A stretch of DNA of 64,000 nt from contig CAXXVL010000002.1 in NCBI GenBank assembly GCA_963667845.2, positions 2,016,001 through 2,080,000 of the forward strand, written 5' to 3'. Position 1 is the first letter of the stretch, and each line of letters starts with the position of its first letter. Made by a program: the position numbers and the translations under genes. Positions 47,413-57,530 of this stretch are shown here, piece by piece. The notes under the pieces are model-generated. The model was not told the DNA's origin. It searched no databases and saw only the letters and a program-made list of their open reading frames with translations. This DNA comes from Smithellaceae bacterium. GTDB lineage: Bacteria; Desulfobacterota; Syntrophia; Syntrophales; Smithellaceae.

Positions 47413-47592
47413 TAGGCTACAGTCGAATAGGCTAAATGAAAAGCAGGTTTTTAGGCTGTAGTCTATCAGGCTTTCAGGTTATTTTGAGGGGCGCACCGCG
47501 CCCGTTTTTTTTGCTAACAGTCTAACAGTCTACAGCCTAATAGCCTACAGATTAATAGCCTACAGATTAATAATCTACAGCCTAATAGGCTA
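47413..47592. repeat. Inverted array of 7/8-mer repeats with 15-bp tandem units
   Basis: TAGGCT units, GGGCGC..GCGCCC core, then four CTACAG(CC/AT)TAATAG-type units. Confidence 0.75.
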
Positions 47593-49332
47593 AACTCTCG
47601 CCGCCTGCCTTTTGATCGTCTTTCTTTTTGGCCCGGGCGGGTTGGCCAAAACAGTGACGGCATCTTTTTGCTTCTGCTTCTTTGCCGCGTCTTTTTCCAC
47701 GAAAATCTTTTTGCCGGTTGCCGGATCGATTCCCGTCCAATACATCATCGCAGACCAGGTGGACGGCAGCGGTGTAAAGATTTGCACCTGCTGCAGCGTC
47801 GTGTGCAATTCACGCGATGCGAATGTTTTCAGCTCCTGCATATTCTTCTCCGTACAGCCCGGATGCGCGGCAATAAAATAGTAGGTCAGGAATTGTTTGA
47901 GTCCCGTTTCCGCGTTCATCGTTTCAAAAAAATCTTTAAACCGGATCAGCGACTGCGGCGACGGTTTACCCATGAGGGACAACACGGACGGCGTCACATG
48001 TTCCGGCGCGATCTTCAACTGACCCGAGATATGATGCTTCGTAAGCTCGCGCATATAGGATGCGCCGTGTCTTTTGTCGGCCAGGAGCAGGTCATGACGG
48101 ATGCCGGAGGCGACAAATACTTTTTTGACGCCCGGGATCGTTCCCAGTTCCCGAAGCAGGCGGATCTGCCGTGAGTGATCCACTTTCAGAGACGAACAGA
48201 CGTGCGGGAAGAGACACTGTTTGTCCGGGCAGGCGCCCCGGCTTTGTTTGCGCGGACAGTCGAGGCCATACATGTTCGCGGTTGCGCCGCCGACATCGAC
48301 AAGGTAGCCTTTAAAGTCCGGGAAGGCCGCTATTCTTTTCGCTTCCGACAGAATGGATTCCTCACTGCGGCTGATAATGGTCCGGCCTTCGTGTAAAGCG
48401 ATCGAACAGAAGCTGCAGTCCCCAAAGCAGCCCCGGTGAGTGATGAGCGAGAAAGAAATGGTATCCATCGCGCGGACCGATCCCTGAGCCGCGTAAAAAG
48501 GATGGACGCGGCGTGAGAAATCCAGTGCTGAGACGGCATCCAGCTCGGGGGCGGTCAGATGCGGCTGGGGGGGATGGTGCACCAGATAGCGGTTGCCGTG
48601 CTTTTGATAGAGGCCGCAAGCGGTGAGCGGATCGTTATTGGCATAAAAAAGCTTGAACATGTCCGAGAAGGCTTTTTTGGAGTCCGCGGCATTTTCGTAG
48701 GACGGCAGTTCAAAATAGGACGACGGCGGCAGCTCGTTCTCAATGATACAGGTGCCCCGGATATTGCTGAGAGGATTTCCTTCGGCCAGCCGCTGTGCGA
48801 TTTCGACCACGGCGCGCTCGGCCATGCCGTAGGCGAGGATTTCGGCACGGGCATCAAATAGAATCGAGCGGCGGACGTCATCCGACCAGTAATCGTAATG
48901 GGCGATCCTACGGAGGCTTGCCTCAACGCCGCCCAGAACAAGCGGTTTTGTGTTTTTGAAATAACGCCGGATGAGGTTGGCATAGACAACGCAGGCACGG
49001 TCCGGGCGCCGGTCGTTTTTCCCGCCGGGGGTCAGATCGTCATCGCGCCGTCTTTTTTTTGTTGCCGTGTAATTAGCCACCATGGAATCCATGGAGCCGC
49101 CCGTGATGCCCCAGAATAGCCTGGGTTCACCAAGCCGGCCAATATCGGAATCGCTCCGGATATCCGGCTGAGCAATGATACCGACGCGATAGCCCGCATC
49201 GGCCAGTACCCGGCCGATGACGGCCACGCCGATGTGGGGGCTGTCGATGTAAGCATCTCCGGTGACCAGGATGACGTCAAGCTGGTTCCAGCCTCTTTTT
49301 TTCAGTTCGTCGGCGGTTGTTGTAAGAAACAT
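47590..49332 (-). CDS. YgiQ family radical SAM protein
   Basis: VTGDAYIDSP, GG.EASLRR.AHYDYW, HRGCFGDCSFC, SGIR.D, LKIAPEH, YFIAAHPG. Confidence 0.92.
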   Translation of the reverse strand: MFLTTTADELKKRGWNQLDVILVTGDAYIDSPHIGVAVIGRVLADAGYRVGIIAQPDIRSDSDIGRLGEPRLFWGITGGSMDSMVANYTATKKRRRDDDLTPGGKNDRRPDRACVVYANLIRRYFKNTKPLVLGGVEASLRRIAHYDYWSDDVRRSILFDARAEILAYGMAERAVVEIAQRLAEGNPLSNIRGTCIIENELPPSSYFELPSYENAADSKKAFSDMFKLFYANNDPLTACGLYQKHGNRYLVHHPPQPHLTAPELDAVSALDFSRRVHPFYAAQGSVRAMDTISFSLITHRGCFGDCSFCSIALHEGRTIISRSEESILSEAKRIAAFPDFKGYLVDVGGATANMYGLDCPRKQSRGACPDKQCLFPHVCSSLKVDHSRQIRLLRELGTIPGVKKVFVASGIRHDLLLADKRHGASYMRELTKHHISGQLKIAPEHVTPSVLSLMGKPSPQSLIRFKDFFETMNAETGLKQFLTYYFIAAHPGCTEKNMQELKTFASRELHTTLQQVQIFTPLPSTWSAMMYWTGIDPATGKKIFVEKDAAKKQKQKDAVTVLANPPGPKRKTIKRQAARV

Positions 49333-49401
49333 TTCAAACGATACCGATCATGATAGGATGACTCCGTCGCTCTTCAGTCGGGCCTGTCCAGGTGATATAT
49401 G

Positions 49402-50241
49402 TTACAGGACGATTTCCATCAACTGATGAACGGCAAAACACTGCAGGGTGCTTTTCTTTTCTCTGATGATGCGATGACACGCCGCGACCATATCGTCTAT
49501 TTCATCATCTTGCCGGTCCTGGTTATGATGAAAAAGCCCCAGCTGTTTGACGCCTGCGTCCAGGGCGAGTCCGACCGCCTGCTCGATCGTGGAATGCCCC
49601 CAGCCGCGCCGCTTCGGATACTCCGCATCCCGGTATTCGGCGTCATGAATCAGCAGATCCGCTCCGCGGCTGAATTCCAGATAATCGTTATAGGCGAGAC
49701 CGCCTTCATGCTTTTGCCCCAGTTCATTATCGGTCAGGAAGACAAACGTCCTGCCCGCCTCCGAGAATTTATAGCCGGTTCCCTGGTTGGGGTGAGAAAG
49801 CGCGATAGGCGTGATCGTCATATCGCTTAGCTGATAGATGCCGTCGCACGTTTCCCCGTAGGTGACATTGGCGTGGATATCGTCATAGTTAATCGGAAAG
49901 TAAGGCGCAGACATGACGCGCGCCAGCATATCCCTGATGGAATGCTGGGCAAAAGTGCAACCCCAGATCGCGATGTCGGTACTTTGACGGTAAAGCGGTT
50001 TGAAAAAGGGGAAACCCATGATGTGGTCCCAGTGGGCATGCGTCAGGAGCAGAGTGAAGTCGTGACGGTTATCGGCAAGAAAGCCATTGCCAGCTTCGCG
50101 GATTCCCGATCCGGCATCGACCAGCAGAATATCGTCACGGCTCGTCCGAATTTCCAGACAGGTGGTGTTTCCGCCGTAACGCAAATAGTTCTTCCCCGAA
50201 ACCGGAATGGAGCCCCTAGCTCCCCAACAGCGAATAATCAT
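49402..50241 (-). CDS. MBL-fold metallo-hydrolase
   Basis: WG.RGS, YGGNT.C, THAHWDH, TDNE, WGHS, FHH. Confidence 0.9.
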   Translation of the reverse strand: MIIRCWGARGSIPVSGKNYLRYGGNTTCLEIRTSRDDILLVDAGSGIREAGNGFLADNRHDFTLLLTHAHWDHIMGFPFFKPLYRQSTDIAIWGCTFAQHSIRDMLARVMSAPYFPINYDDIHANVTYGETCDGIYQLSDMTITPIALSHPNQGTGYKFSEAGRTFVFLTDNELGQKHEGGLAYNDYLEFSRGADLLIHDAEYRDAEYPKRRGWGHSTIEQAVGLALDAGVKQLGLFHHNQDRQDDEIDDMVAACHRIIREKKSTLQCFAVHQLMEIVL

Positions 50242-50631
50242 TATGCCCCTTATGCAAATGAAAATCGAATAGCGATTTCAGTGTTTAGATCTTATGAAAA
50301 ACAATAATACAGAATGAAATTAATATCAAGCGTGCTGTAAGAGCGTGTTTCTGCAAAAAAGGCAGTTCCCAAATGGGTGTGATCTGAAAGAAACCACAGG
50401 CGAGTGACGCAGCCGGGATAGCCGCGGATATCCGCCCATTGAAAAATTCCGGTCCGGAGCATGCCGGTAACCGTTTTTCCGGACATTCCAGAGATCAAGA
50501 ACTCCGCCGGAAAAAAGGCACACTAACGCCGGCCAATATAAAATCGCCCTCAATTTTATCCCGGGATTTTATAAAAGGAATCGGTATTTTCAGGATACGA
50601 AACTCTCCGTCAAACAGACAATCCCAGTATA

Positions 50632-50937
50632 CTATTCTATGTGCGATTTGGCTGTTTGGACGGCAATATCTTTATCTTTTGTAAAAAACCGCCACTCTGT
50701 CCCCGACGAGTGAGTCCCGGTTGCCTTGTCGCGCCCCCTGACATAATACCAGTGTCCAAAGCGTTCTACAGTAGAAAACGGATGCTCGGCTATAGAAAGG
50801 ACTCCATCAGGATTAATCTCCTTAAAATAAATGGTCTCATCGGGCGCTTCATCATAAGACAGACTATCAGGCAGTGTAATTTGAGATACATCAATGCCGT
50901 CTGCTTCTTCTTTATCCAACCATTCCGAAATTTTCAT
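50632..50937 (-). CDS. Hypothetical protein
   Basis: Open frame with GGAG RBS before ATG 50937. Confidence 0.6.
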   Translation of the reverse strand: MKISEWLDKEEADGIDVSQITLPDSLSYDEAPDETIYFKEINPDGVLSIAEHPFSTVERFGHWYYVRGRDKATGTHSSGTEWRFFTKDKDIAVQTAKSHIE

Positions 50938-51085
50938 TGATTTTTCTCCAGCACCGTTTGTGGGCACCTGCTTTGATATCCTGCCGTGCCTGGCCGCAAT
51001 CGTCCGCGGCATTTGATCTCCCATTCTCACTGCCGAGAGAAATGGTCGTCAGATCCGGATAGAGACGAAAATCATCTGCTTTTGC

Positions 51086-51259
51086 TTATGCCTTCAGGCG
51101 TTTTATCAAATTCCTCATAAAGGCTGCTCGTTCTTCCAGCGCCTGGAGGAACTCCTTTCTATCGGTATCCGACATTTCTCTTTCCAGATCAGGTAAATAT
51201 CTTTCGAGGATCAGCAACAGCTCTTCTTCTTCTTTAGGTGTCAGATTGATTTTTGACAT
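51086..51259 (-). CDS. Small helical hypothetical protein (57 aa, below the ORF-track cutoff)
   Basis: AGGAG RBS; MSKINLTPKEEEELLLILERYLPDLEREMSDTDRKEFLQALEERAAFMRNLIKRLKA. Confidence 0.65.
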   Translation of the reverse strand: MSKINLTPKEEEELLLILERYLPDLEREMSDTDRKEFLQALEERAAFMRNLIKRLKA

Positions 51260-51459
51260 GACTCGTTCTCCTTTTTTCGTTTTCTAAAATATTAATAATG
51301 ATGTGCTAAAGAACAATGGGCATTAAATAGCAGTAGGATGGTAGGCGTAACCTACTAATAACGAGATGTGCCGAAGTGAGCACCGGCCTAAACCCTTGCA
51401 CAGATCATCTTCATTATACCGTGGGTTGTGCCGCGGCCACTGAGCGCCTTGAGACTCTG

Positions 51460-52485
51460 TCAGAAGTGAAAAGAAGGTCCGATGATCAAGACGTCCGTAT
51501 CGCGGTCGTAGTCGGTCAATACGCGATGCCAGATGAGCCGGACGGACCAGCCCGGCGTAAACCGGTAATCCGCCGTCACTGAAAGGATGCCGGCAAAGAC
51601 GGTCCCTTCTTTCCCGGTGAGAAGATCCGCGTACCTGTTTCGCGCAAGGTAAGGACCCAGGCCGAGACCGAGCGTCAGCCTTTCCTCGAAGAAGTGGTTT
51701 ACAGCCCAAACCTGAAGGGCGAGGCCTTCCCGGTGAAAGAGATCGTTATCGCCTTCGTCCAGGTACGCGGCAGACGCCTCCACATGATTTCCAAATCTCC
51801 TGCGGTACTCAAGTTCCCAGGCCGTTGCTTTCTTGGCGTCGGTATTGTTGGCGTCCATGATGCCCATGAGCAGGGAAAGCGAATTCCTCTCCGAAGATTC
51901 TTTCTGCAGGCCCTCAAAAGGACGGGATTCGAAGTCGATGCCCGCGCCCGCGAAGACCGAAATGGTGTCGATGCTGCCGTATGCCGCAATCCAGTTGGTT
52001 CTGGCCTGTATGAAGAAATGATCGCTCAGATAATATCCGAGGGCGGCGCTCACCATTCCTCCCCACCCATGCCGGTTGCTGTAATGTGTCGCGCTCGATC
52101 TGTCCGTTGTATCAAAATAAAAATAAGGTCCGACCCCTCCTTCCAGAAAGAACCGGCCGTTAAACGGTTTTGTCCGGGTCCAGAACTGAAAGGCAGCTCC
52201 GTCGCGGTGATGATCGGAGAAATGCCCCTCGTTCAGATAGGAAACGCTCCAGGCAAAGTTTTTATAAAGAGAATCACGGTATTCGAATTGAATAGCCTCC
52301 GTCTCGTCATACCCGTTCGTATTCCAGATCACTCCCCCGAGGAGCGAAACTTCGTGTCCCCGAACCGGCTGGACGTACGCCAGAATGAAGATCAGGGCCA
52401 GAATGCTCAATCCCCGACGGATTGGACACCCAGACCGGTGTCCGGTCAATTTCGACTTCTCTTTATCATCTTTGCGAGGCGGCAT
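51460..52485 (-). CDS. Outer-membrane beta-barrel protein with two internal repeats
   Basis: Signal peptide, amphipathic strands, repeated YL(N/D)EG...HR(D/E)G...Q.W, C-terminal Phe. Confidence 0.72.
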   Translation of the reverse strand: MPPRKDDKEKSKLTGHRSGCPIRRGLSILALIFILAYVQPVRGHEVSLLGGVIWNTNGYDETEAIQFEYRDSLYKNFAWSVSYLNEGHFSDHHRDGAAFQFWTRTKPFNGRFFLEGGVGPYFYFDTTDRSSATHYSNRHGWGGMVSAALGYYLSDHFFIQARTNWIAAYGSIDTISVFAGAGIDFESRPFEGLQKESSERNSLSLLMGIMDANNTDAKKATAWELEYRRRFGNHVEASAAYLDEGDNDLFHREGLALQVWAVNHFFEERLTLGLGLGPYLARNRYADLLTGKEGTVFAGILSVTADYRFTPGWSVRLIWHRVLTDYDRDTDVLIIGPSFHF

Positions 52486-52527
52486 AATCAGTGTCCAAAT
52501 GGTCTACCGGAAAAGGGCCGGAACCAT

Positions 52528-53517
52528 TTACACGCCCGCGCTTTCTGAACGATTTTTTTGCTCCAGCACAACGTCTTTATACCAGAGATCGTGGTTCTGC
52601 TCGGCCCAGACGGCGTCAACCGTTCCCTCCCACATGGCTTCGAATGCTCCTTCCACGCCGGCCGTCCCCATGTAGATGTGTCCGAAAGAAACCGTTACAA
52701 AGAGAACAGCGACTGAAGCGTGAATCACATGCGATACCTGCATGGTCCATCGTGTCTGATCCCAGATAGGGAAATCCAACAGAACTCCGGTGACGCCGAC
52801 GGCGCTCCCGAAGATGAAGATTAACCAGAACCATCCTTTTTCGCCGGCGTTAATTTTCCCGATGTGGGGCGCGGGCCCGTGGCCGATCATGCCGCCCATG
52901 GATTTGAACCAGTCCAGATCGTATTTCTTCGGAATGTTGAAGCGCACCCAGAGGAGAAATTCGGCGATAAAACCAATGAGCAATAGAGGGCCGCAGTAGT
53001 TGTGCAGGACTTTGGCCGCCTGCAGGTATCCGGCGTTGAACCCGTGACCGATTACCGGCATCAGCACGTAGCGGCCCAGCAGCAGGCCCAGGCCGGTGAC
53101 CGCCATGATGATAAACAGGGCCGCGGTAGCCCAGTGAACGAATCGTTCAAAAGATGCAAACCGCAGAATTTTAATCCCGGATCGCGGCTTGGCCAGTTTT
53201 TCCTGTCCGACGATCAGGTAAAAGACGGTCATGCCCGCCAGGGCCAGCACGATAATCCAGGGCGAGATCCGGACCAGGATACCGTTGCGGATTTCGCGCC
53301 AGTTTTCGCCGCTGTTCAGGATCAGGATGGTGTGTCCCTGGGCCGGCGTTGACGTATAGGCGGGAGCGCCCTCCCGGACCACGCGCCAGAAGTTGGCGTG
53401 CGGATTCATGAGATCCGCGCCGATGACCTGGTAGAGCATTGCGCTGCCCAGAATGGAGAGGAGCACTGCGACGACCACCAGACGTCTGATCGGCAGAGGT
53501 TTGCCTGTTGTTGCCAT
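52528..53517 (-). CDS. fdhC: Formate dehydrogenase gamma (cytochrome b) subunit
   Basis: RF...ERFVHW, LHNY.GP, NAGEK.WFW, IHA, GHIYMGT.G.EGA..AM..G.VD..WA...H..W. Confidence 0.92.
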   Translation of the reverse strand: MATTGKPLPIRRLVVVAVLLSILGSAMLYQVIGADLMNPHANFWRVVREGAPAYTSTPAQGHTILILNSGENWREIRNGILVRISPWIIVLALAGMTVFYLIVGQEKLAKPRSGIKILRFASFERFVHWATAALFIIMAVTGLGLLLGRYVLMPVIGHGFNAGYLQAAKVLHNYCGPLLLIGFIAEFLLWVRFNIPKKYDLDWFKSMGGMIGHGPAPHIGKINAGEKGWFWLIFIFGSAVGVTGVLLDFPIWDQTRWTMQVSHVIHASVAVLFVTVSFGHIYMGTAGVEGAFEAMWEGTVDAVWAEQNHDLWYKDVVLEQKNRSESAGV

Positions 53518-53533
53518 AAATGCCTCCTTTTCC

Positions 53534-53722
53534 TCAGCGATCAGACTGAACAAGTCTGAAGCGGTCGATCAGTTCCTGCTGTTGTTTCAGTTCCATAACA
53601 GGGTCCCTTTGACCTTTGTATATGCCGGGTTCATGCATGGTCACACTGCGGGGCTCAGGTGAACATCCGGCGATCCCCGTAAACGCCATCAGCGTTGCCA
53701 TGATCAAGTATTTCAGCTTCAT
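53534..53722 (-). CDS. Small lipoprotein in the fdh operon
   Basis: Lipobox IAGC; overlaps the fdhB stop. Confidence 0.7.
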   Translation of the reverse strand: MKLKYLIMATLMAFTGIAGCSPEPRSVTMHEPGIYKGQRDPVMELKQQQELIDRFRLVQSDR

Positions 53723-54327
53723 GGTTTTTTCCCCTTTTCAGTTTTGAAGTTATAAGCGGTTTCCCATCCCCAGGTCTGAGGCCGGCCGCCGCGTTTGTTG
53801 ACCCGGTCGATGTAAATCTCGGACACGACGTTGCCGTCGCCGGCAAGCAGCGCCTTGGTCGCACACATTTCGGCGCACAGAGGCAGCTTGCCCTCCGCAA
53901 TCCGGTTGCGGCCATATTTCTTGTATTCCTCGACCGACTTGTCTTTGCCGGGTCCGCCGGCGCAGAAGGTGCATTTGTCCATCTTGCCGCGCGCGGCGAA
54001 CAGGTTTTCTTCCGGGAATTGCGGGGCGCCGAACGGGCAGGCGTAAAAGCAATAGCCGCAGCCGATGCACAGATCCTTGTCGTGCAGGACGATGCCGTCG
54101 GGCGTGGTGTAAAAACAATCCACCGGGCAGACGGCTGCACAGGGCGCATCCGTACAGTGCATACAGGCCACGGAGACGGATTTTTCGCCGCTCTCGCCAT
54201 CCTTCAGGGTGACGACATGCCGCCGGTTGATGCCCCACGGCACATCGTTTATATTGTTGCAGGCCGTCACACAGCCGTTGCATTCGATGCATCGCTCGGT
54301 GTCACAAAGAAATTTCATTCTAGCCAT
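53719..54327 (-). CDS. fdhB: Formate dehydrogenase beta (Fe-S) subunit, FDH3 type
   Basis: MARMKFLCD.ERCIECNGC, four ferredoxin Cys groups. Confidence 0.93.
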   Translation of the reverse strand: MARMKFLCDTERCIECNGCVTACNNINDVPWGINRRHVVTLKDGESGEKSVSVACMHCTDAPCAAVCPVDCFYTTPDGIVLHDKDLCIGCGYCFYACPFGAPQFPEENLFAARGKMDKCTFCAGGPGKDKSVEEYKKYGRNRIAEGKLPLCAEMCATKALLAGDGNVVSEIYIDRVNKRGGRPQTWGWETAYNFKTEKGKKP

Positions 54328-54407
54328 GGTTTGTCTCCTTTTCGTACGTCAGGAATTATTTTCCATAGGAATTTAATTCCGCTTTGCACTGATCCCGATA
54401 AACGGGG

Positions 54408-57305
54408 TCACGCAGGGGTTATGCGGCACAGCGTTGCTTTGGTTTCCTGCATCTGGGTGACGGAATCGTAACCATAGGTCGTTGCCGTATTGCAGGCTTC
54501 GCCGCGGACATACGGCGCCGTTCCTTCGGGATAGCGGTCGTAGAGGTCTTTCCCCTCAAACCAGCCGCCGAAATGGAAGGGCGTCCAGACGGTGCCGGGG
54601 CCGACGCGCGGTGTGATCATGGCCCGCACCTTGATTCGCCCGCCTTCGGCGCCTTCCAGCCAGATATACTGCCAGTTAAAAATATTGGCATCGGCCGCGT
54701 CCTTCGGATTGATTTCCGCGAACATCTCCGGCTGCAGTTTGGCCAGCCACGGTTCCGAACGTTCCTCCGCGCCGCCGCCTTCATATTCGGTGAGGCGGCC
54801 GCTGGTAAAGATCAGCGGGTATTTGATGCTGTGATTGACCGACTGAATCGATGCGTACCGCGTGGGCAGCCGCCAGAAAGCCTTGCGGTCAGCGTAGGTC
54901 GGGTACTTCGTAACCAGGTCGAACCGCGGCGTATAGAGCGGTTCCCGGTGCAGTGGAACGGGGTCGGGATAGGTCCAGACGTTGCATCGGGCCCGGCCGT
55001 TGCCGAACGGTGCGCAGCCGTGCTTGATGACGACGCGTTGAATGCCGCCGGAAAGATCGGTCTTCCAGTTTTTGCCTTCCGCTTCCTTTTTCTCCGCATC
55101 CGTCAGATCGTTCCACCAGCCCAACTTTTTCAGAATATCGGCGGTGAATTCGGGATAGCCGTCTTTGATCTCCGAATTTACGGAATAGGCATCCGTGGCG
55201 AGCAGATTCTGGCCGTTGTAGTCTGTTCCCCAGGCGGCCCTGAAAACAAGGCCGCCTTCGGCGACGGGCTTGCTCGGGTCATACAGGATGGGCGTGCCGG
55301 GGTGCTTCATTTCGGGTGTGCCCCAGCAGGGCCACGGCAGTCCGTAGTAGTCGCCTTTGCAGGGGCCGCCCTCGGCCCGCAGGGTGAGGGTATTGAAAGT
55401 GCCCCGGTATTTGGCATGCAGTTTGAGCCGCTCCGGGCTCTGTCCCGTGTAGCCGATCGTCCAGGCGCCGCGGTTGATTTCACGGAGCACGTCCTCGATC
55501 ACCGGCTCGTCCTTGACGACCTTGATGTTTTTGAACATCTGATCTGCGAATCCGAGCTTCTTCGCCAGCTTATAGAGAATGACGTGGTCCGGCAGGGACT
55601 CATAAAGAGGTTCAATGATCTTGTCGCGCCATTGCAGGGCCCGGTTGGACGCCGTGGCGGAGCCTGCGGACTCGTATTGCGTGGAGGTCGGCAGGAGATA
55701 CGTGTCGTTCTTACGATCGCTCATAACCGCCATATGGGTCGGGTACGGATCCGAAATGACCAGCATGTCCAGTTTCTCCAGAGCTTTTTTCATCTGCGTT
55801 CCGCGTGTCTGACTGTTTGCGGCATGCCCCTGGAAGATGACGGCGCGCAGGTTGTCTTTTTGCGACAGATTCTTTTTGTCCTCCATCACGCCGTCGATCC
55901 AGCGCGAAACGGGAATCCCCGGCATGTTCATGGTGTAAGCCATTTTGCCGCCGCCGGCGTCGTATTGCCGGCTCATATCGAAGCGCGCTTTGATCCATTC
56001 GTAATCCACGCCCCAGACTCTGGCCCAGTGCTTCCAGGAGCCTTCGGCAAGGCCGTAGTAGCACGACAGGGTATGGCAGTTGGGCCCCACATCCGTGGCG
56101 CCCTGCACGTTGTCATGGCCGCGGAAAATATTGGCGCCGCCGCCCGCTTTGCCGATATTGCCCAGGGCCAGCTGGAGGATGCAGAAGAGGCGGACCGTAT
56201 GGCTGGCGATATGGTGCTGGGTGACGCCCATGCACCAGACAATGGTGCTCGGCCGATTCATGGCCATTGTTTTGGCGATCTGGAAGACCTGGTCTTCCGG
56301 TATCCCCGTAACGTTTTCGACTTCCTTGGGCGGCCATTTCTGCGCTTCCTTGCGAATGTCATCCATGGCGTAAACCCGCTTGGCGATAAACTCCTTGTCT
56401 TCCCAGCCGTTCTTGAAAACATGCCAGAGCAGTCCGTAAATGAAAGGAATGTCCGTACCGGACCGGATGCGGGCATACTGGTCGGCGTGAGCGGCCGTGC
56501 GGGTGAAACGCGGGTCCACAACGATCATCTTCGAACCCGCCTCTTTGGCGCGGAGAATCTGCTGCATGGCGACCGGATGGGCCTCGGCGGCATTACTGCC
56601 CAGAAACAGCATGGCTTTGCTGTTGCGCATGTCGTTATAGGAATTGGTCATGGCGCCGTACCCCCAGGTGTTGGCCACGCCGTCCACGGTGGTCGAATGA
56701 CAAATGCGTGCCTGGTTGTCGACGTTGTTGGTGCCCCATAAAGCTGCAAATTTACCCTGCAGGTAGGCGCCTTCGTTGCTTGCCTTGGACGAACCGCAAA
56801 AGAAGAGGGCATCGGGACCCGATTCCTGGCGGATCTTCAACAGCTTATCACCTATTTCGTTTATGGCCTGGTCCCAGGAAAGACGTGTCCACTTGCCATC
56901 CACGAGCTTCATGGGGTATTTGACCCGCCGGTGGCCGAAACCGTGGCCTCTTGCCGCCGCACCTTTGGCGCAGTGCGCTCCGAGATTGAAAGGCGACTCG
57001 TAATCCGGTTCCTGGCCTGTCCAGACTCCGTTTTGGATCTCGGCGATAATGCCGCAGCCGACCGAACAGTGGGTGCAGATCGTGCGCCGGTATTCTTTCT
57101 GCTCATCCGGACGGGGGAAGTTTTTCTTTTCCGCTTCGGACGCCTCGCGCACGCAGCCAAGCGGCAGCAGGCTCATTAATGCGCCGCTTCCCAGCGCCAC
57201 ACCGCCCCGAATCAAAAACGTCCTCCGGTTCATGCCGGAAGGAGAAGCGGGTTCGTCGGAAACCCGCTTCAGCCATTTATTTTTGGATGATTTCATAAGT
57301 GCCAC
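54408..57305 (-). CDS. fdhA: Formate dehydrogenase alpha subunit (Mo/W-bisPGD, Cys ligand, Tat-exported)
   Basis: RRTFL Tat, CTHCSVGC...HCAKG, QARICHS, RGHDNVQG, SGRL.EY.GGG, QETK.TLC. Confidence 0.95.
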   Translation of the reverse strand: MALMKSSKNKWLKRVSDEPASPSGMNRRTFLIRGGVALGSGALMSLLPLGCVREASEAEKKNFPRPDEQKEYRRTICTHCSVGCGIIAEIQNGVWTGQEPDYESPFNLGAHCAKGAAARGHGFGHRRVKYPMKLVDGKWTRLSWDQAINEIGDKLLKIRQESGPDALFFCGSSKASNEGAYLQGKFAALWGTNNVDNQARICHSTTVDGVANTWGYGAMTNSYNDMRNSKAMLFLGSNAAEAHPVAMQQILRAKEAGSKMIVVDPRFTRTAAHADQYARIRSGTDIPFIYGLLWHVFKNGWEDKEFIAKRVYAMDDIRKEAQKWPPKEVENVTGIPEDQVFQIAKTMAMNRPSTIVWCMGVTQHHIASHTVRLFCILQLALGNIGKAGGGANIFRGHDNVQGATDVGPNCHTLSCYYGLAEGSWKHWARVWGVDYEWIKARFDMSRQYDAGGGKMAYTMNMPGIPVSRWIDGVMEDKKNLSQKDNLRAVIFQGHAANSQTRGTQMKKALEKLDMLVISDPYPTHMAVMSDRKNDTYLLPTSTQYESAGSATASNRALQWRDKIIEPLYESLPDHVILYKLAKKLGFADQMFKNIKVVKDEPVIEDVLREINRGAWTIGYTGQSPERLKLHAKYRGTFNTLTLRAEGGPCKGDYYGLPWPCWGTPEMKHPGTPILYDPSKPVAEGGLVFRAAWGTDYNGQNLLATDAYSVNSEIKDGYPEFTADILKKLGWWNDLTDAEKKEAEGKNWKTDLSGGIQRVVIKHGCAPFGNGRARCNVWTYPDPVPLHREPLYTPRFDLVTKYPTYADRKAFWRLPTRYASIQSVNHSIKYPLIFTSGRLTEYEGGGAEERSEPWLAKLQPEMFAEINPKDAADANIFNWQYIWLEGAEGGRIKVRAMITPRVGPGTVWTPFHFGGWFEGKDLYDRYPEGTAPYVRGEACNTATTYGYDSVTQMQETKATLCRITPA

Positions 57306-57329
57306 CCTCCCATGGATTGAATCCGTTTT

Positions 57330-57530
57330 TTATTGACGTGTCGTTTCATAATATTTTTTGATGTGCTCCGTGAGCCGATAGCCCTGATCCGTCACTTTCG
57401 GCCGGGGAGTGGACGGTGTTGCCGTTTGGGCCGTCTTCGGGCTGCCTAAGGCCATCACCAAAGCTGATCCGCCGAGGAGGGCCGCGTGCTTAATGAACGT
57501 CCTTCGGTTGCTTAATAAATTGGTTTTCAT
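57330..57530 (-). CDS. Small twin-arginine protein of fdh regions
   Basis: NRRTFIK, C-terminal GYRLTEHIKKYY.T. Confidence 0.8.
   Translation of the reverse strand: MKTNLLSNRRTFIKHAALLGGSALVMALGSPKTAQTATPSTPRPKVTDQGYRLTEHIKKYYETTRQ

Noticed and set aside
47520..47592. Possible CRISPR array
   Set aside because: 15-bp tandem units with no unique spacers; no cas genes
54573..56741. 722-aa plus-strand ORF
   Set aside because: Antisense shadow of fdhA with no motifs; same for other long shadows (697-1731, 11136-12191, 28789-30138, 41059-42003)
54408..57305. Selenocysteine in FdhA
   Set aside because: Ligand codon encodes Cys and the frame is uninterrupted
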